Source: Candidatus Zixiibacteriota bacterium (GTDB lineage Bacteria > Zixibacteria > MSB-5A5 > GN15 > JAAZOE01). From it: 53,686 bases of DNA. A program made the translations under genes and the position numbers. Below, piece after piece: positions 16,340 through 26,651 of this stretch. The notes under the pieces are model-generated. The model saw only the letters and a program-made list of their open reading frames with translations. It was not told the origin of the DNA and did no database searches. The DNA lies in assembly GCA_043819555.1 (NCBI GenBank), contig JBDREQ010000010.1, forward strand, positions 1 to 53,686. Reading direction: 5' to 3'. Positions within the stretch are counted from its first letter, which is position 1, and each line of letters begins with the position of its first letter.

Positions 16340-19018
16340 TTAATCCTCCGCCTTGTAGATTTTTACTCGGGCACAAATATCCTGATTGAAAGTCAACGGA
16401 TCAGTATGATCCAGATCCATCTCAACCAGATCGTTGAAGAACGTTCCCTTGCCTTTAGCAATCGGCATATATTTGCCCCAGTGGCCGGCCACCGCGGCAA
16501 TTGCCAAATGGTGCGGTTCGATACCTTCTGTCAGCGATACCCATCCGCGAACCTTGTGACCCTGCGGATTTTCGAGCCAGACTTTGTCGCCGTCGGAAAT
16601 GCCTTTTTCGCGCGCCGTATTAATGTGCATTTGTATAGCATAAACATTGGGATCTTCCTGCGAGCATTCGTCAAGATATGGATTCTGCTGGGTCATCGAA
16701 TTGCAGTGCATGACCGCGCGCCAGTAGAAGGTGTGCATATCAAACTCGGGATTCTTTTCGGTATGAGTCGGGCAGGGATACCAATCGGCCAGGGCTTTAA
16801 ATCGGGACCAGTCAAAGTCAAAGAAGTCCTTTCCGTTATATTTATTCCAGAGGGTGTCGATTTGTTCGCCGGAGTCGATGAAGTATTCAAAATAGACTGG
16901 CACGCGTGAAGGATTAAACCATTTCCAGTAAACATCTTCTTTATTCTTAGGCCAGGTAAAGACGCCTTTTTTACGAACATGTTCGAGGCCATGGTCATCA
17001 CCAAATCTATCCCTTAGAAGACGATCGGTAATATCTTCCCAGGTATGGACGACGCTGCCGTCTTCAACCAATTTATTTTTCTCTTCCATCTCGCCGCCGT
17101 AGCGAACGCCAACAGAATCATTGAGACCTTTAAAGAATTTTCCGTGAATGCCGAGTCGCTTGCAGATTTCAATCATAACTTCATTGAAGTCCCGTCTTTC
17201 ATACAACGGCTTGATCACCGGCTGCCGTATCGTCCAGCCCCAGTCATCCTCGCCCTGGGGATGGGAGAATGTCGAGGGAAAACTGACGGCCGGAGTATAT
17301 CGTTCGAGGAAACAGGTGTCCGGAAGCACGATATCGGCGACAGCCTCTTCAAATTCGGTCACATAAAGCTGGAAGGAGAAAATAAAGTTAAATTTCTTGA
17401 GGAAGTTCTCCGTAACCGCCTCGGAGTTGCCCATCGTCATCACCGAATTGGAACCAAAATTAATCATGACATCAGGCTTATATCCAATTTCGAACCGTTC
17501 AAGCATATCGAACCATCTGGGGTCGGTAATGGTAAAGGCATTGTAGATCGAGGTCGGGAACATATCATGCAAATCAAGGCGAGTCGGCGGCGCAGGTTTG
17601 CGCAATGGGTATGGCTTGTGGTCATAAACCCAGGCTCCGGCAACAAGCAGACCATCGGGGCACGGATAAGGAATTTGATATGGTTTGCCGGTGCCTTTAT
17701 AACCTTTGCCGACAGTAGCGCCGAGTCCCATCGCGCTGCCATAGGTGTCGGCGGCACCAACTATGTGGTTGACCATGTCAATCGATAAACAGGTCCATCC
17801 GGAATTGGTATGTCCCTGAGCGCCGCGGAAGAAGTGAGTCGCGACCGGACGTCTTGGAATCTTCCTGGGGCCCATGCTCGTCTGAATTGTAACAGTCGAT
17901 CCGATTTCAGCCGCCTCGCCGAATTCTTTGGCGATACGGCTAATCGTCGCAGCCGGAACATAAGTGATCTTTTCGACATATTCCGGTGTATATTTTTTAA
18001 CGTGCTCTTTCAAAAGCTCAAAGGCCGGCCGGCAATCGACACCATCGACTTTATATATACCGGTCAAGGCAACTTCGTGAGCGACGTCTTCATATTCTAC
18101 TCTTGTTACCGAAGGATCGTTGTGCACTTTGGGGCAATTATCAACGATATCCCAGACCAACGGATTGTTGGTTTCTTTGTCGCGCATATAACGACCATCG
18201 GAGGGACGAATCAAATAGGGAGCATTAGTCTTATACATCAGATATTCGGCATCATATATTCCATGCTCATTGATAAGCGAATTGACAAGGCCTAATGCCA
18301 GCGCGCCGTCGGTGCCGACGCGTATCGGAACCCATTCATGCGCTTTGGATGCCTGCGAACTCTGAAATGGATCAAAGACAACGTTTTTAAATCCGCGGGC
18401 GCGGGCATCGGCTACCTGAGTAGCGTTTTGCACCGCAACATGCCCCGCGCCGTGGCCTTTGGAGCATCCAAAATTGAGAGCATAATTGCAGTTGGCGAAG
18501 TCGGGGATAATCGACCACGATACATGCATGATGCCATTCATGAAGTGGGCGCCGTTGCCGCAATGCAGACCGCCACCGGAAACCCAGTAATTGGGCGTCC
18601 CGAATCCTTTCATGAAACCAATAACACCAAAGCGAATCTCGGATGCCTGGGTCGTTGTCGCCTGGAAAAAGGCCCCGCGAGGATCGCGTTCCTGGCATTC
18701 CTTAAGCTTTTTGATAATTATATCGTACGCTTCCTCCCATGAGATGCGCACAAACTTGGGATCAACCCCAAGACCCTTTTCGGGATTGGTTCTTTTTAAG
18801 GGATAATTAACTCGATAGGGATCGTACAATAATTGCGGCGCGGCAAGGCCTTTGACGCATATATGTCCGCGGCCGGTGGGTGCTTCAGGGTTACCCTCTA
18901 TTTCGGTAATAACCCCATCCTGCCGGTGGGCTTTTATACCGCACATGCAGTAGCACTGGCCACAACAAGTCGGGATCCAAGTATCCTCTTTAACTGAGGC
19001 CTGTGATGAGACGGCCAT
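16340..19018 (-). CDS. DMSO-reductase-family Mo/W-bisPGD oxidoreductase catalytic subunit, no Tat signal
   Basis: N-terminal CGQCYCMC..C(26) Fe-S motif; YDPYRVNYPLKRTNP; GTDGALAL; ADIVLPDTCFLER; C-terminal molybdopterin-binding domain. Confidence 0.93.
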   Translation of the reverse strand: MAVSSQASVKEDTWIPTCCGQCYCMCGIKAHRQDGVITEIEGNPEAPTGRGHICVKGLAAPQLLYDPYRVNYPLKRTNPEKGLGVDPKFVRISWEEAYDIIIKKLKECQERDPRGAFFQATTTQASEIRFGVIGFMKGFGTPNYWVSGGGLHCGNGAHFMNGIMHVSWSIIPDFANCNYALNFGCSKGHGAGHVAVQNATQVADARARGFKNVVFDPFQSSQASKAHEWVPIRVGTDGALALGLVNSLINEHGIYDAEYLMYKTNAPYLIRPSDGRYMRDKETNNPLVWDIVDNCPKVHNDPSVTRVEYEDVAHEVALTGIYKVDGVDCRPAFELLKEHVKKYTPEYVEKITYVPAATISRIAKEFGEAAEIGSTVTIQTSMGPRKIPRRPVATHFFRGAQGHTNSGWTCLSIDMVNHIVGAADTYGSAMGLGATVGKGYKGTGKPYQIPYPCPDGLLVAGAWVYDHKPYPLRKPAPPTRLDLHDMFPTSIYNAFTITDPRWFDMLERFEIGYKPDVMINFGSNSVMTMGNSEAVTENFLKKFNFIFSFQLYVTEFEEAVADIVLPDTCFLERYTPAVSFPSTFSHPQGEDDWGWTIRQPVIKPLYERRDFNEVMIEICKRLGIHGKFFKGLNDSVGVRYGGEMEEKNKLVEDGSVVHTWEDITDRLLRDRFGDDHGLEHVRKKGVFTWPKNKEDVYWKWFNPSRVPVYFEYFIDSGEQIDTLWNKYNGKDFFDFDWSRFKALADWYPCPTHTEKNPEFDMHTFYWRAVMHCNSMTQQNPYLDECSQEDPNVYAIQMHINTAREKGISDGDKVWLENPQGHKVRGWVSLTEGIEPHHLAIAAVAGHWGKYMPIAKGKGTFFNDLVEMDLDHTDPLTFNQDICARVKIYKAED

Positions 19019-19319
19019 AGATCGACTCCTCCTTCAGATCAGTTGATCCGGCACTATCCGGAATCAAGAATAGGGCAACATACACTCTGAAAATTACATA
19101 GTCAAACGGTTTTTTATTTTTACGGGTTAAGAGGCCAAATAATCTTTTTATTCCCTATCCAGGTTCGAAATAATCCGTTTTTGTCCAGGTAGAATTTTGG
19201 CCGGATATAAGTTGCACTCAGGCTGTATAATCATTCTTTAGAATTTTATTGTCGTTTTATCGCTGTGGCATTGACGGCAAGTACAACATCTGATTACGCG
19301 ATCCTATCCTCCGCTGGCT

Positions 19320-19657
19320 ATCAACTTCCCCTGTTCGTTGAAAAGCAATTCGTCGCCTTTTTAAAATTCTTTTCCCTCAATTGTCGCATTATCTGAAAGC
19401 GTGCAAGACCTCAAATGGCCATTATCATGAAAATAGGTGGCATCGCCGCCGCCAAATAGGACAGACATGAAGCGATATTTGGCACAGGGAATTCCCTGTA
19501 TGATCTCGTCCCGCAGACCAAATTCGTGAAGAGCCGGTCGTAACAAATAAGCCGCGACAAAAAGCAGTATAGCCAGTTCGTAACCCAGTATCGCCAGCAC
19601 CACTCCCATGCCCGAAAGGGAACAGGCTGAATAGAATATTCTATCTCGTTTATTCAT
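19320..19657 (-). pseudogene. Internally deleted, prematurely stopped paralog of 8982..10316
   Basis: AYLLRPALHEFGL is fused directly to RDEIIQGIPCAK (about 310 codons missing). TAA at 19361-19363 is followed by the homologous tail KGDELLFNEQGKL. Confidence 0.8.
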
Positions 19658-19859
19658 GATCATATTCCTCCAACTCAAAAAGCACCTCGACTGTTGTCTC
19701 CAGCTTTTTAGCCAAAAGCAAAGCCAGTTTTACCGATGGACTATAGTTGCCCTTTTCGATGGCTACAATTGTTTGACGAGAAACCGAAACCATGTCAGCC
19801 AATTGTTGCTGGCTGAGTTCTCCTCGTTCAAATCGAAATCTTCTTAAGTTCGTCTTCAT
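19650..19859 (-). CDS. Xre-family HTH regulator, paralog of 7922..8131
   Basis: MKTNLRRFRFERGELSQQQLADMVSVSRQTIVAIEKGNYSPSVKLA is nearly identical to 7922..8131. Confidence 0.93.
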   Translation of the reverse strand: MKTNLRRFRFERGELSQQQLADMVSVSRQTIVAIEKGNYSPSVKLALLLAKKLETTVEVLFELEEYDHE

Positions 19860-19903
19860 CAGCCTTATCATGTCTTTCTTCTATATTGTTAACTCGTTAT
19901 AAT

Positions 19904-19963
19904 TGTAAACTAATATCGACATAGTGTCAAGAATAATTTACAATTTGACAAAAATAATTTACA
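19904..19963. promoter_or_regulatory. Three operator boxes, 21-bp period (homolog of 7813-7872)
   Basis: TGTAAACTAATATCGACA (19904), TGTCAAGAATAATTTACA (19925), TGACAAAAATAATTTACA (19946). Confidence 0.7.
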
Positions 19964-20060
19964 CTTGGATTATCAGTAAATTTGATTTGAGTCACTCAAA
20001 TGCCTGGATTTGCGAGAAATGCTCCAGAAGCGTCAGTCGGTAAAGCCAATCCAGAATCTA

Positions 20061-20558
20061 CTAATTATCTTTTGCCGTAAAGACCCAGGGAGAAGGGATA
20101 TCGTATTCCTGCCTGAGGATCAGATTAAGCTGCCCCGCACCATGCTGAACGTGGCGCATATTATACAGATGCAACTCCACTTTGTTAAAATCAACCATAC
20201 CGAATTTGAATCTGCTATCAAGAGCTTCATCGGTCATGGCCATAATTGTCGTTTGGCATTTTTCACGGCAATATTTAAGATAATTAAAAAGTTCAGACTT
20301 CGTATATGTCCGCTCGGGCAGGATTCCGGACGGATCCATTTCCGTCATGCCAAACGGTTCGGGGGGATGAAAATCTTTGGTATTATCGGTTAGATAATAA
20401 TCGAGCCAAAAAATAGTATGGTAAGCGACATACCAAAATATATGAAATTTCGATCGATCATCCCACAGTTCATCAGGGCAAGCGGCCATAGCGTTTTCAA
20501 GTGTATCGATTGCGGCACCGAACTGCCCCCAAATGCCTTTCTTCCATAGATTATCCAT
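20061..20558 (-). CDS. DinB/YfiT superfamily protein
   Basis: ACPDELW; WYVAYHTIFWLDYY; YNMRHVQHGAGQLNLILR. Confidence 0.88.
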   Translation of the reverse strand: MDNLWKKGIWGQFGAAIDTLENAMAACPDELWDDRSKFHIFWYVAYHTIFWLDYYLTDNTKDFHPPEPFGMTEMDPSGILPERTYTKSELFNYLKYCREKCQTTIMAMTDEALDSRFKFGMVDFNKVELHLYNMRHVQHGAGQLNLILRQEYDIPSPWVFTAKDN

Positions 20559-20883
20559 TAAATTCCTTCTCGGTTTAAATTATCTGCATTGAACAGTATA
20601 AATACTTGAAGGCTGGCATGCAACCCGGCGATACCTTTTGATTCATCGCACTAAAAGAAACTCATTATACTCATCGATCGATATTTATCTTGCTGAAAAA
20701 ATCATTTTATGACATAATTCCGAAACGAGACAAAATATATAGTCTATTTTTTAATCTATGCCGATTAGATTATTAACGTATAATTTATCTATTGCGTAGT
20801 TTTTGATTAGGCCGGTTTGTCCAATAATATTGTAAAAGGGAGTTTTTTCGTTTGTGATTTGGAATATAAATCCGCTGCACTCG

Positions 20884-23037
20884 ATGGGACAGCAATCTGA
20901 GCAGTACGCCCGGAATATCAAAGAATACGTAATTAGACCCTGGACAATTCTGCGCAAAGTTCGACGCCAGGATATTCCCGCCGATCTGCTGGCTGGATTG
21001 ACAGTCGCGGCGGTGGCCATTCCACAGGCGATTGCCTATGCTTCGATTGCGGAGCTTCCACCCCACATTGGTCTATATACGGCGGCGGTAGCGGCTATAG
21101 TCGGTTCTTTGTGGGGATCATCCCGCTTTCTGGCGACCGGTCCGACAAATGCCCTCTCGTTGTTAGTTCTGCCTTTATTATTGTCGGTCGCTCTTCCGGG
21201 TACAAGAGAATATCTTTTGGCGGCAAGTTTGATTGCGATTATTGCCGGTGCGATCAGCATGAGTCTGGCATTTATGCGCCTCGGGGTGGTGGTGACTCTG
21301 GCATCACGTTCCGTTTTGCTTGGATTCGTTGCCGGGGCGGCGCTGCATATTGCCGTGGGACAAACCCGGCATTTGCTGGGGCTGGATATTCCGCCATCAT
21401 CGGAGTTGTTCGATATCATCCTCTCGGTTTCGAATGAGATATCTAATACGCATGGCATAAGTCTGATACTGGGCATGGGTTCATTTGCAATGATGATTAT
21501 CCTGAACTTTTTTGGCTCTCGCACACCCGCCGCGCTGTTAATTGTAACCATCTCGGCGCTGCTTGTGTTATTGTTTGGATTGGAGGATCTCGGAGTTCGC
21601 GTAATTGGCAATATCCCCCGTTCACTTCCGCCCCCGATATGGATTTCTACCGGAATGATCCCCGACCTGCAAATGATTCGGGCATTAGTAATCGGGTCGG
21701 CGGCCGTGGCCGCACTGGGTCTGGTAGAAGCGGTGGCCTCCTCCCAAACATTGGCTCGTCAGACTGGCGACCGCCTGGACCCCAATCAGGAATTTTTTGG
21801 CCAGGGTTTGGCGAAAATGGTGTCAGGCTTGTTTTCAGGCTATGCCTCTTCCGGTTCGTTTACGCGTTCGGCTCTGGCTCAACAATCCGGAGCCAAAAGC
21901 CACCTCACCGGCGTCTTTACCGGTCTCTCCATATTAGTAGTAATGATGACCTTCGCTCCCTATGCCAGAATCATACCAAGAGCCTCAATCGCCGGAGTTC
22001 TAATGGTAATTGCCTGGGGGATGGTCGACTGGAAAGCGATTCGGCGCGTCATACGAACGTCTCGCGTGGAAACGACTATCATGGGAATAACTTTTCTGGC
22101 AACTTTGATTCTTCCCCTGGATTTTGCCATCCTGAGCGGAATCGTTTTTTCTCTGGCTTTATTTATTGTCCGTTCAAGTCTGCCGAGAGTTTATTCCGTT
22201 GTTCCTGATTCTACATATCGCCATCTGATTCATGATACCAGATTGCCTGTTTGCCCCCAACTGGGCATTATGAATATCCGCGGACCTTTGTTTTTTGGGG
22301 CGGTTCACCATATTGAAGAAGAACTGCGGCATAATCATGAACGGTATCCTGGGCAGCGCACGCTTGTTTTGCGAATGCACGCTGTCGATCAATGTGACAT
22401 GAGCGGTATTGATATGCTTGAATCCGTAGTTCAAACGTATAGACAGATGGGTGGTGATGTCTTTCTCGTGCGATTGCGATCACCTGTCAGGAAAGTTCTC
22501 GAGCTATCAAGCTTTATTGATGAGACTCTTGGTCGTGACCATATCCTTCATCAGGAAAATGCAATTGAATATCTTTTTGAGCACGATATTGATCCGCAGG
22601 TTTGTATTTATGAATGCGAACATCGGGTTTTCTCAGAATGCCAGGCTGTGTTGAAACACGTTTATGGTGATGATGTGCCATCGGCGTCGTTGGATCCATT
22701 GGGACATCATTTCCAGGTGCCGCCTTTGGAATTTCAAGAGTTAATGGCCAAGCCGGAAGCATTACTGATTGATGTACGAGAACCGGTTGAGCATAGGCGT
22801 GTTCATATTGATGGAGCAGAACTTTTACCTCTTCGTGATTTATTGAGAACCGCCGCAGATTTGCCCCGAGATAAACTTTTGCTTTTGGCCTGTCGCTCTG
22901 GACGCCGCGCGTCAAGGGCATTATATGTTTTGGAAGAACTGGGATTTGATAATTTAGCTGGACTGCGCGGCGGCCTTCTCGCCTGGCGAGCGGCTAAACT
23001 GCCGGTGGTGGTGGAAGATAATCACAAAGAGAAATAA
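20884..23037 (+). CDS. sulP: SulP/SLC26 anion transporter with STAS and C-terminal rhodanese domain
   Basis: DLLAGLTVAAVAIPQAIAYA; NQEFFGQG; GSFTRS; STAS GPLFFG; DVREP..HIDGA..CRSGRRA. Start could be 20854. Confidence 0.93.
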   Translation: MGQQSEQYARNIKEYVIRPWTILRKVRRQDIPADLLAGLTVAAVAIPQAIAYASIAELPPHIGLYTAAVAAIVGSLWGSSRFLATGPTNALSLLVLPLLLSVALPGTREYLLAASLIAIIAGAISMSLAFMRLGVVVTLASRSVLLGFVAGAALHIAVGQTRHLLGLDIPPSSELFDIILSVSNEISNTHGISLILGMGSFAMMIILNFFGSRTPAALLIVTISALLVLLFGLEDLGVRVIGNIPRSLPPPIWISTGMIPDLQMIRALVIGSAAVAALGLVEAVASSQTLARQTGDRLDPNQEFFGQGLAKMVSGLFSGYASSGSFTRSALAQQSGAKSHLTGVFTGLSILVVMMTFAPYARIIPRASIAGVLMVIAWGMVDWKAIRRVIRTSRVETTIMGITFLATLILPLDFAILSGIVFSLALFIVRSSLPRVYSVVPDSTYRHLIHDTRLPVCPQLGIMNIRGPLFFGAVHHIEEELRHNHERYPGQRTLVLRMHAVDQCDMSGIDMLESVVQTYRQMGGDVFLVRLRSPVRKVLELSSFIDETLGRDHILHQENAIEYLFEHDIDPQVCIYECEHRVFSECQAVLKHVYGDDVPSASLDPLGHHFQVPPLEFQELMAKPEALLIDVREPVEHRRVHIDGAELLPLRDLLRTAADLPRDKLLLLACRSGRRASRALYVLEELGFDNLAGLRGGLLAWRAAKLPVVVEDNHKEK

Positions 23038-23133
23038 TTAATTCCTATCCTCCTGCGGATACAAGAGGATAGTTTTCACTTGTTGTAATCAACATATTGG
23101 TATCAATCTTATTGAGCAATCAAAAACACCAAA

Positions 23134-23295
23134 TCAATCATCATTCTTTTTCAATCGCCCCGCCTTCATTAAAGCGCTTCGTAGAAGATACTCAATATGC
23201 CCATTGACACTGCGGAACTCATCGTTAGCCCAGCGCTGCAAATGATCGAGTAGCTTCGGATCGATCCTTATCAGAAATGGTTTTTTCTGCGCCAC
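23134..23295 (-). CDS. Arc-like ribbon-helix-helix protein, 53 aa
   Basis: Manual translation MAQKKPFLIRIDPKLLDHLQRWANDEFRSVNGHIEYLLRSALMKAGRLKKNDD; GTG start 2 bp after the SPFH stop. Not in the ORF track. Confidence 0.85.
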   Translation of the reverse strand: MAQKKPFLIRIDPKLLDHLQRWANDEFRSVNGHIEYLLRSALMKAGRLKKNDD

Positions 23296-23297
23296 GA

Positions 23298-24155
23298 CTA
23301 TTGATACATCGTTCCGGTATTAATCACCGGTTGGGTTGAAGTTTCACTACATAACACAACCAGGAGATTTGACACCATTGATGCCTTTCGCTCATGGTCG
23401 AGCTCGATAATATCCTTGGCCGATAACTGCTGCAGGGCCAATTCTACCATCCCAACCGCGCCTTCGACGATTAACTGACGGGCCGCAATAATGGCGCCCG
23501 CCTGTTGCCGGCGCAGCATCGCCTCCGCGATTTCGGGCGAATAAGCCAGATGACTGATTCTTGCTTCCAAAACTTCAACTCCGGCTTGATCCAATCGCTC
23601 CTGAATTTCTTCCTTCAGTTTTTCGGAAATATCAGCAGTGCTTCCCCGCAGGGATATAATCTCGTCATCCTTCGAATCATAGGGATATTGAGTCGCCATA
23701 TTACGAACCGCCGATTCACTCTGAATCTTGACGAATTCCTCGTAATCATCCACCTGAAAGCAGGCTTCAGCGCTGTCAACAACTTTCCAGACAACGATTG
23801 CCGCGATCTCGATTGGATTTCCATCGACATCATTAACTTTCATGCGGCCCGTTTCAAAATTCCTGACCCGCAGGGATATCCGCCTTTTGCTCAATAGCGG
23901 ATTAGCCCATTGAAGGCCTTCGCGTCGAGTTGTTCCGGAATATTTACCAAAAAGTTGAAGGACCCGGGCTTCGTTTGGATTTACGAAGAATAATCCAACA
24001 AGAAAAAAGATATTAAAAAATATCCAGACGCCCAGTATTATTTTAACAATCGGCGGACCCAAAATAACCATGACCGTCGCCGCGATTAGGGTAGCCAAAA
24101 GAATAAACAGAGCTGCCCATCCTGAAAATGTGTTTCGTATTTGTTCTTTAATCAT
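23298..24155 (-). CDS. SPFH/band 7 domain membrane protein
   Basis: [50 protein letters not shown]. Confidence 0.93.
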   Translation of the reverse strand: MIKEQIRNTFSGWAALFILLATLIAATVMVILGPPIVKIILGVWIFFNIFFLVGLFFVNPNEARVLQLFGKYSGTTRREGLQWANPLLSKRRISLRVRNFETGRMKVNDVDGNPIEIAAIVVWKVVDSAEACFQVDDYEEFVKIQSESAVRNMATQYPYDSKDDEIISLRGSTADISEKLKEEIQERLDQAGVEVLEARISHLAYSPEIAEAMLRRQQAGAIIAARQLIVEGAVGMVELALQQLSAKDIIELDHERKASMVSNLLVVLCSETSTQPVINTGTMYQ

Positions 24156-24320
24156 ACTATCCTCCTTACAAATGATATCATAATGATATTACGGAGATAT
24201 CGCAAGTAAGTTTCATCTTTTTTTTGTTTTTTCATAAATTATTCTGATTAATAGGTTGAATATTGTAAGAATGCGGGTACTGAAGTTCTTTTTTATAAAT
24301 TTTAAAGATTATTTTGGAAT

Positions 24321-25484
24321 CTACGCTCTTAATGAGTCAACAATTTTCATTCGCGAGGCTCTGACAGCAGGCAAGAATCCGCCCAAAAAACCCATAAGCA
24401 AAGAAAAAATAATAGCTGATATAATTATTGGGGAGGACATTTGAAAATTAAAAGCCAGTTCCGAAAAAGTGTCCCAATTAGTTGTTGAGATTCGAACGAA
24501 ATTCAAAAACAACGCGCCAACCACGCCCAACATTCCGCCCAACAGGGCAATAATCGAGGATTCGAATAAAAACGACCAGAGAATAGTAAAGCGGCTGAAC
24601 CCCAAAGCCCTCAAAGTTCCGATTTCTTTGATGCGGCCGGCCACGGCGGCATACATTGTAATCATTGCCCCGACGATGGCGCCCAAACTGAATATAATAC
24701 TGATGATGTTTCCGGTTAAGCCTATAAACGTTGAAAATGCCTGTGATTGGCGGGCATAGTATTCTTTTTCCCGAAGGATTTCAAGAGGCAGGCGGCGGTC
24801 GTCTTCTATTTTAGTTTTTAATGCTCCGAATAGAGTTGTATCGGATAGCCGAAAGGTCACCGAGGAATAAACCGGACGCCGGAAAGCATCGGCGGCCTGT
24901 TCGAGGTCGCACCATACTTCCGATTCACTGCCCGTACCTTCGGTATCAAAAATCCCCACAACCGTCCAGTCACGCGCCCCGAATCTGATTTTGCCGCCGA
25001 TTTGGCAGTTTTCAAATCCTTCGGCAAGGGAGCGGCCGACTATAATTTCTGATCCGGCATTTTCCCACATCCGGCCTTCCGTCAATCTGATTTTAGGCCG
25101 TAAAATCAACGATTTGTCCGTAACGCCTCGAACGACGACATTCCCCTCATTCTCGCTCTTGAGTTTTTTTATTGAAATCAAAACATATATTTCATTCGTG
25201 ATAAGCGGCTGGCCGTTTTCATCCAATGCTATTTCCGGGAAAGTGCTGAGGATTCGCGCCTGTTCATAATTGATTATCGATTGCACTTCCGTTTGGGAGG
25301 CCATCCGTATCGCTACCACGTTTCCATCATGGCCGGAATCGATCAATGTCTGCGACAGGCCATTGGTAAGCATCATTGAGGCGCAAAAGACAAAGACGAC
25401 CAAACTTATTCCCAGAATAGTCAATACTGATGTTATCTTATGTTTGATAATGTTTCTTATTGTGTAACTGGCCGGTATCATCAT
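24321..25484 (-). CDS. ABC transporter permease (MacB/FtsX family)
   Basis: N-terminal TM, periplasmic domain, EIGTLRALGFSR, PAVRASR. Confidence 0.93.
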   Translation of the reverse strand: MMIPASYTIRNIIKHKITSVLTILGISLVVFVFCASMMLTNGLSQTLIDSGHDGNVVAIRMASQTEVQSIINYEQARILSTFPEIALDENGQPLITNEIYVLISIKKLKSENEGNVVVRGVTDKSLILRPKIRLTEGRMWENAGSEIIVGRSLAEGFENCQIGGKIRFGARDWTVVGIFDTEGTGSESEVWCDLEQAADAFRRPVYSSVTFRLSDTTLFGALKTKIEDDRRLPLEILREKEYYARQSQAFSTFIGLTGNIISIIFSLGAIVGAMITMYAAVAGRIKEIGTLRALGFSRFTILWSFLFESSIIALLGGMLGVVGALFLNFVRISTTNWDTFSELAFNFQMSSPIIISAIIFSLLMGFLGGFLPAVRASRMKIVDSLRA

Positions 25485-25493
25485 CTTACCTCA

Positions 25494-26651
25494 TTAATCA
25501 ACAATTCTTAACGCGTCAACAATATTGGCTCTTAAGGCTCGGTTAATCGGAAAAATGGACGCCACAAAACCGACCAATATGGCTATCCCGAAAGATAACG
25601 TATAGGTCAATAAATCGGTCTGGAAACCGGGGAAAAACTGGCTTAAGGCGACAGCGACGCCATTGGCGACTGCATTCAGCAGGATAATTCCGAGAATGCC
25701 CCCCAAAAAAGCGATAAATAGCGATTCGCCCAAAATCAGGCCAACCAAATGATAATTTTGGAATCCGATTGTTCGCATAAAGGCATATTCCGATACTCGT
25801 TCTCGAGCCGTCATGGCCATAGTATTTGCCAGGACTAATAAAATGACGCCAATTATCAAAAACGAAATAATTCGCAAACCGAGTATGATAGCGCTTGACA
25901 TCTGGATGAAACTCAGCTGAAAATCTTTTTCTGTCTCCGTCCTGGTTTCAGCCCAGGAATTATCAAAGCGGGAATCGACGGCGTTACTGATGGCCGCGGA
26001 CATATCGGGATTGGAAATTTTCAAAGCATACCACCCGACCTGCCCGGCCCTCCCCGGAGATTGTATTTTGAGTGTCTCATCGAGATAATCGAACCTGAAT
26101 ATAAACATTGTTTCATCGGTCGATTCATCCCGCCCGGTATAAATCCCTCGAATATTAAATTCCCAGTTGCCGGGATATATAGTGCCGATAAGCGTTATAT
26201 TATCGCCAATTTGCCAACCGAATCTGTCGGCCAAACCCTGGCCAACGATAGCAGCCTTGCGTTCATTTTTAAAATCCTCGAACTGATCCGGGGGAATAAT
26301 TATTTCGGGATACAAATCAAGGTAATTATTATGATCAACGGCAAAGTTGGGGAAGAAATTACGAGGATCAACATAATAAGCGCCAAACCAGCTGGCATGG
26401 CTGACATCCTCGACTCCCTCGATTTTCATTAATTGATCTTTGTATGCGATCGGCAAAGTGAAAATAATGGAAACCGCATGCCGTGTAATGAGGCGATCCG
26501 GCGCAGCCGCCCGCGCCCCGGAATACCAGGCATTGATAAATGTCCGGATGAGCCCGAAGGCCATGATAGCCAAAGCTAATCCCAAAATTGTAAGGAAGGT
26601 CCGGAGCTTTTGCCGAAATGAGTTTTTTCTGACGAGTTTTAAAACCTTCAT
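25494..26651 (-). CDS. ABC transporter permease (MacB/FtsX family)
   Basis: RQKLRTFLTILG; NTMAMTARERVSEYAFMRTIGF. Confidence 0.93.
   Translation of the reverse strand: MKVLKLVRKNSFRQKLRTFLTILGLALAIMAFGLIRTFINAWYSGARAAAPDRLITRHAVSIIFTLPIAYKDQLMKIEGVEDVSHASWFGAYYVDPRNFFPNFAVDHNNYLDLYPEIIIPPDQFEDFKNERKAAIVGQGLADRFGWQIGDNITLIGTIYPGNWEFNIRGIYTGRDESTDETMFIFRFDYLDETLKIQSPGRAGQVGWYALKISNPDMSAAISNAVDSRFDNSWAETRTETEKDFQLSFIQMSSAIILGLRIISFLIIGVILLVLANTMAMTARERVSEYAFMRTIGFQNYHLVGLILGESLFIAFLGGILGIILLNAVANGVAVALSQFFPGFQTDLLTYTLSFGIAILVGFVASIFPINRALRANIVDALRIVD

Noticed and set aside
16313..18806. Several long plus-strand ORFs opposite the molybdoenzyme (and similar shadows opposite 859..5484)
   Set aside because: Antisense shadows with no recognisable motifs or RBS.
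16340..19018. Formate dehydrogenase call based on the adjacent fdhD
   Set aside because: It lacks the FDH-type RxC/UH active-site context; the sequence looks like a different DMSO-reductase-family clade.
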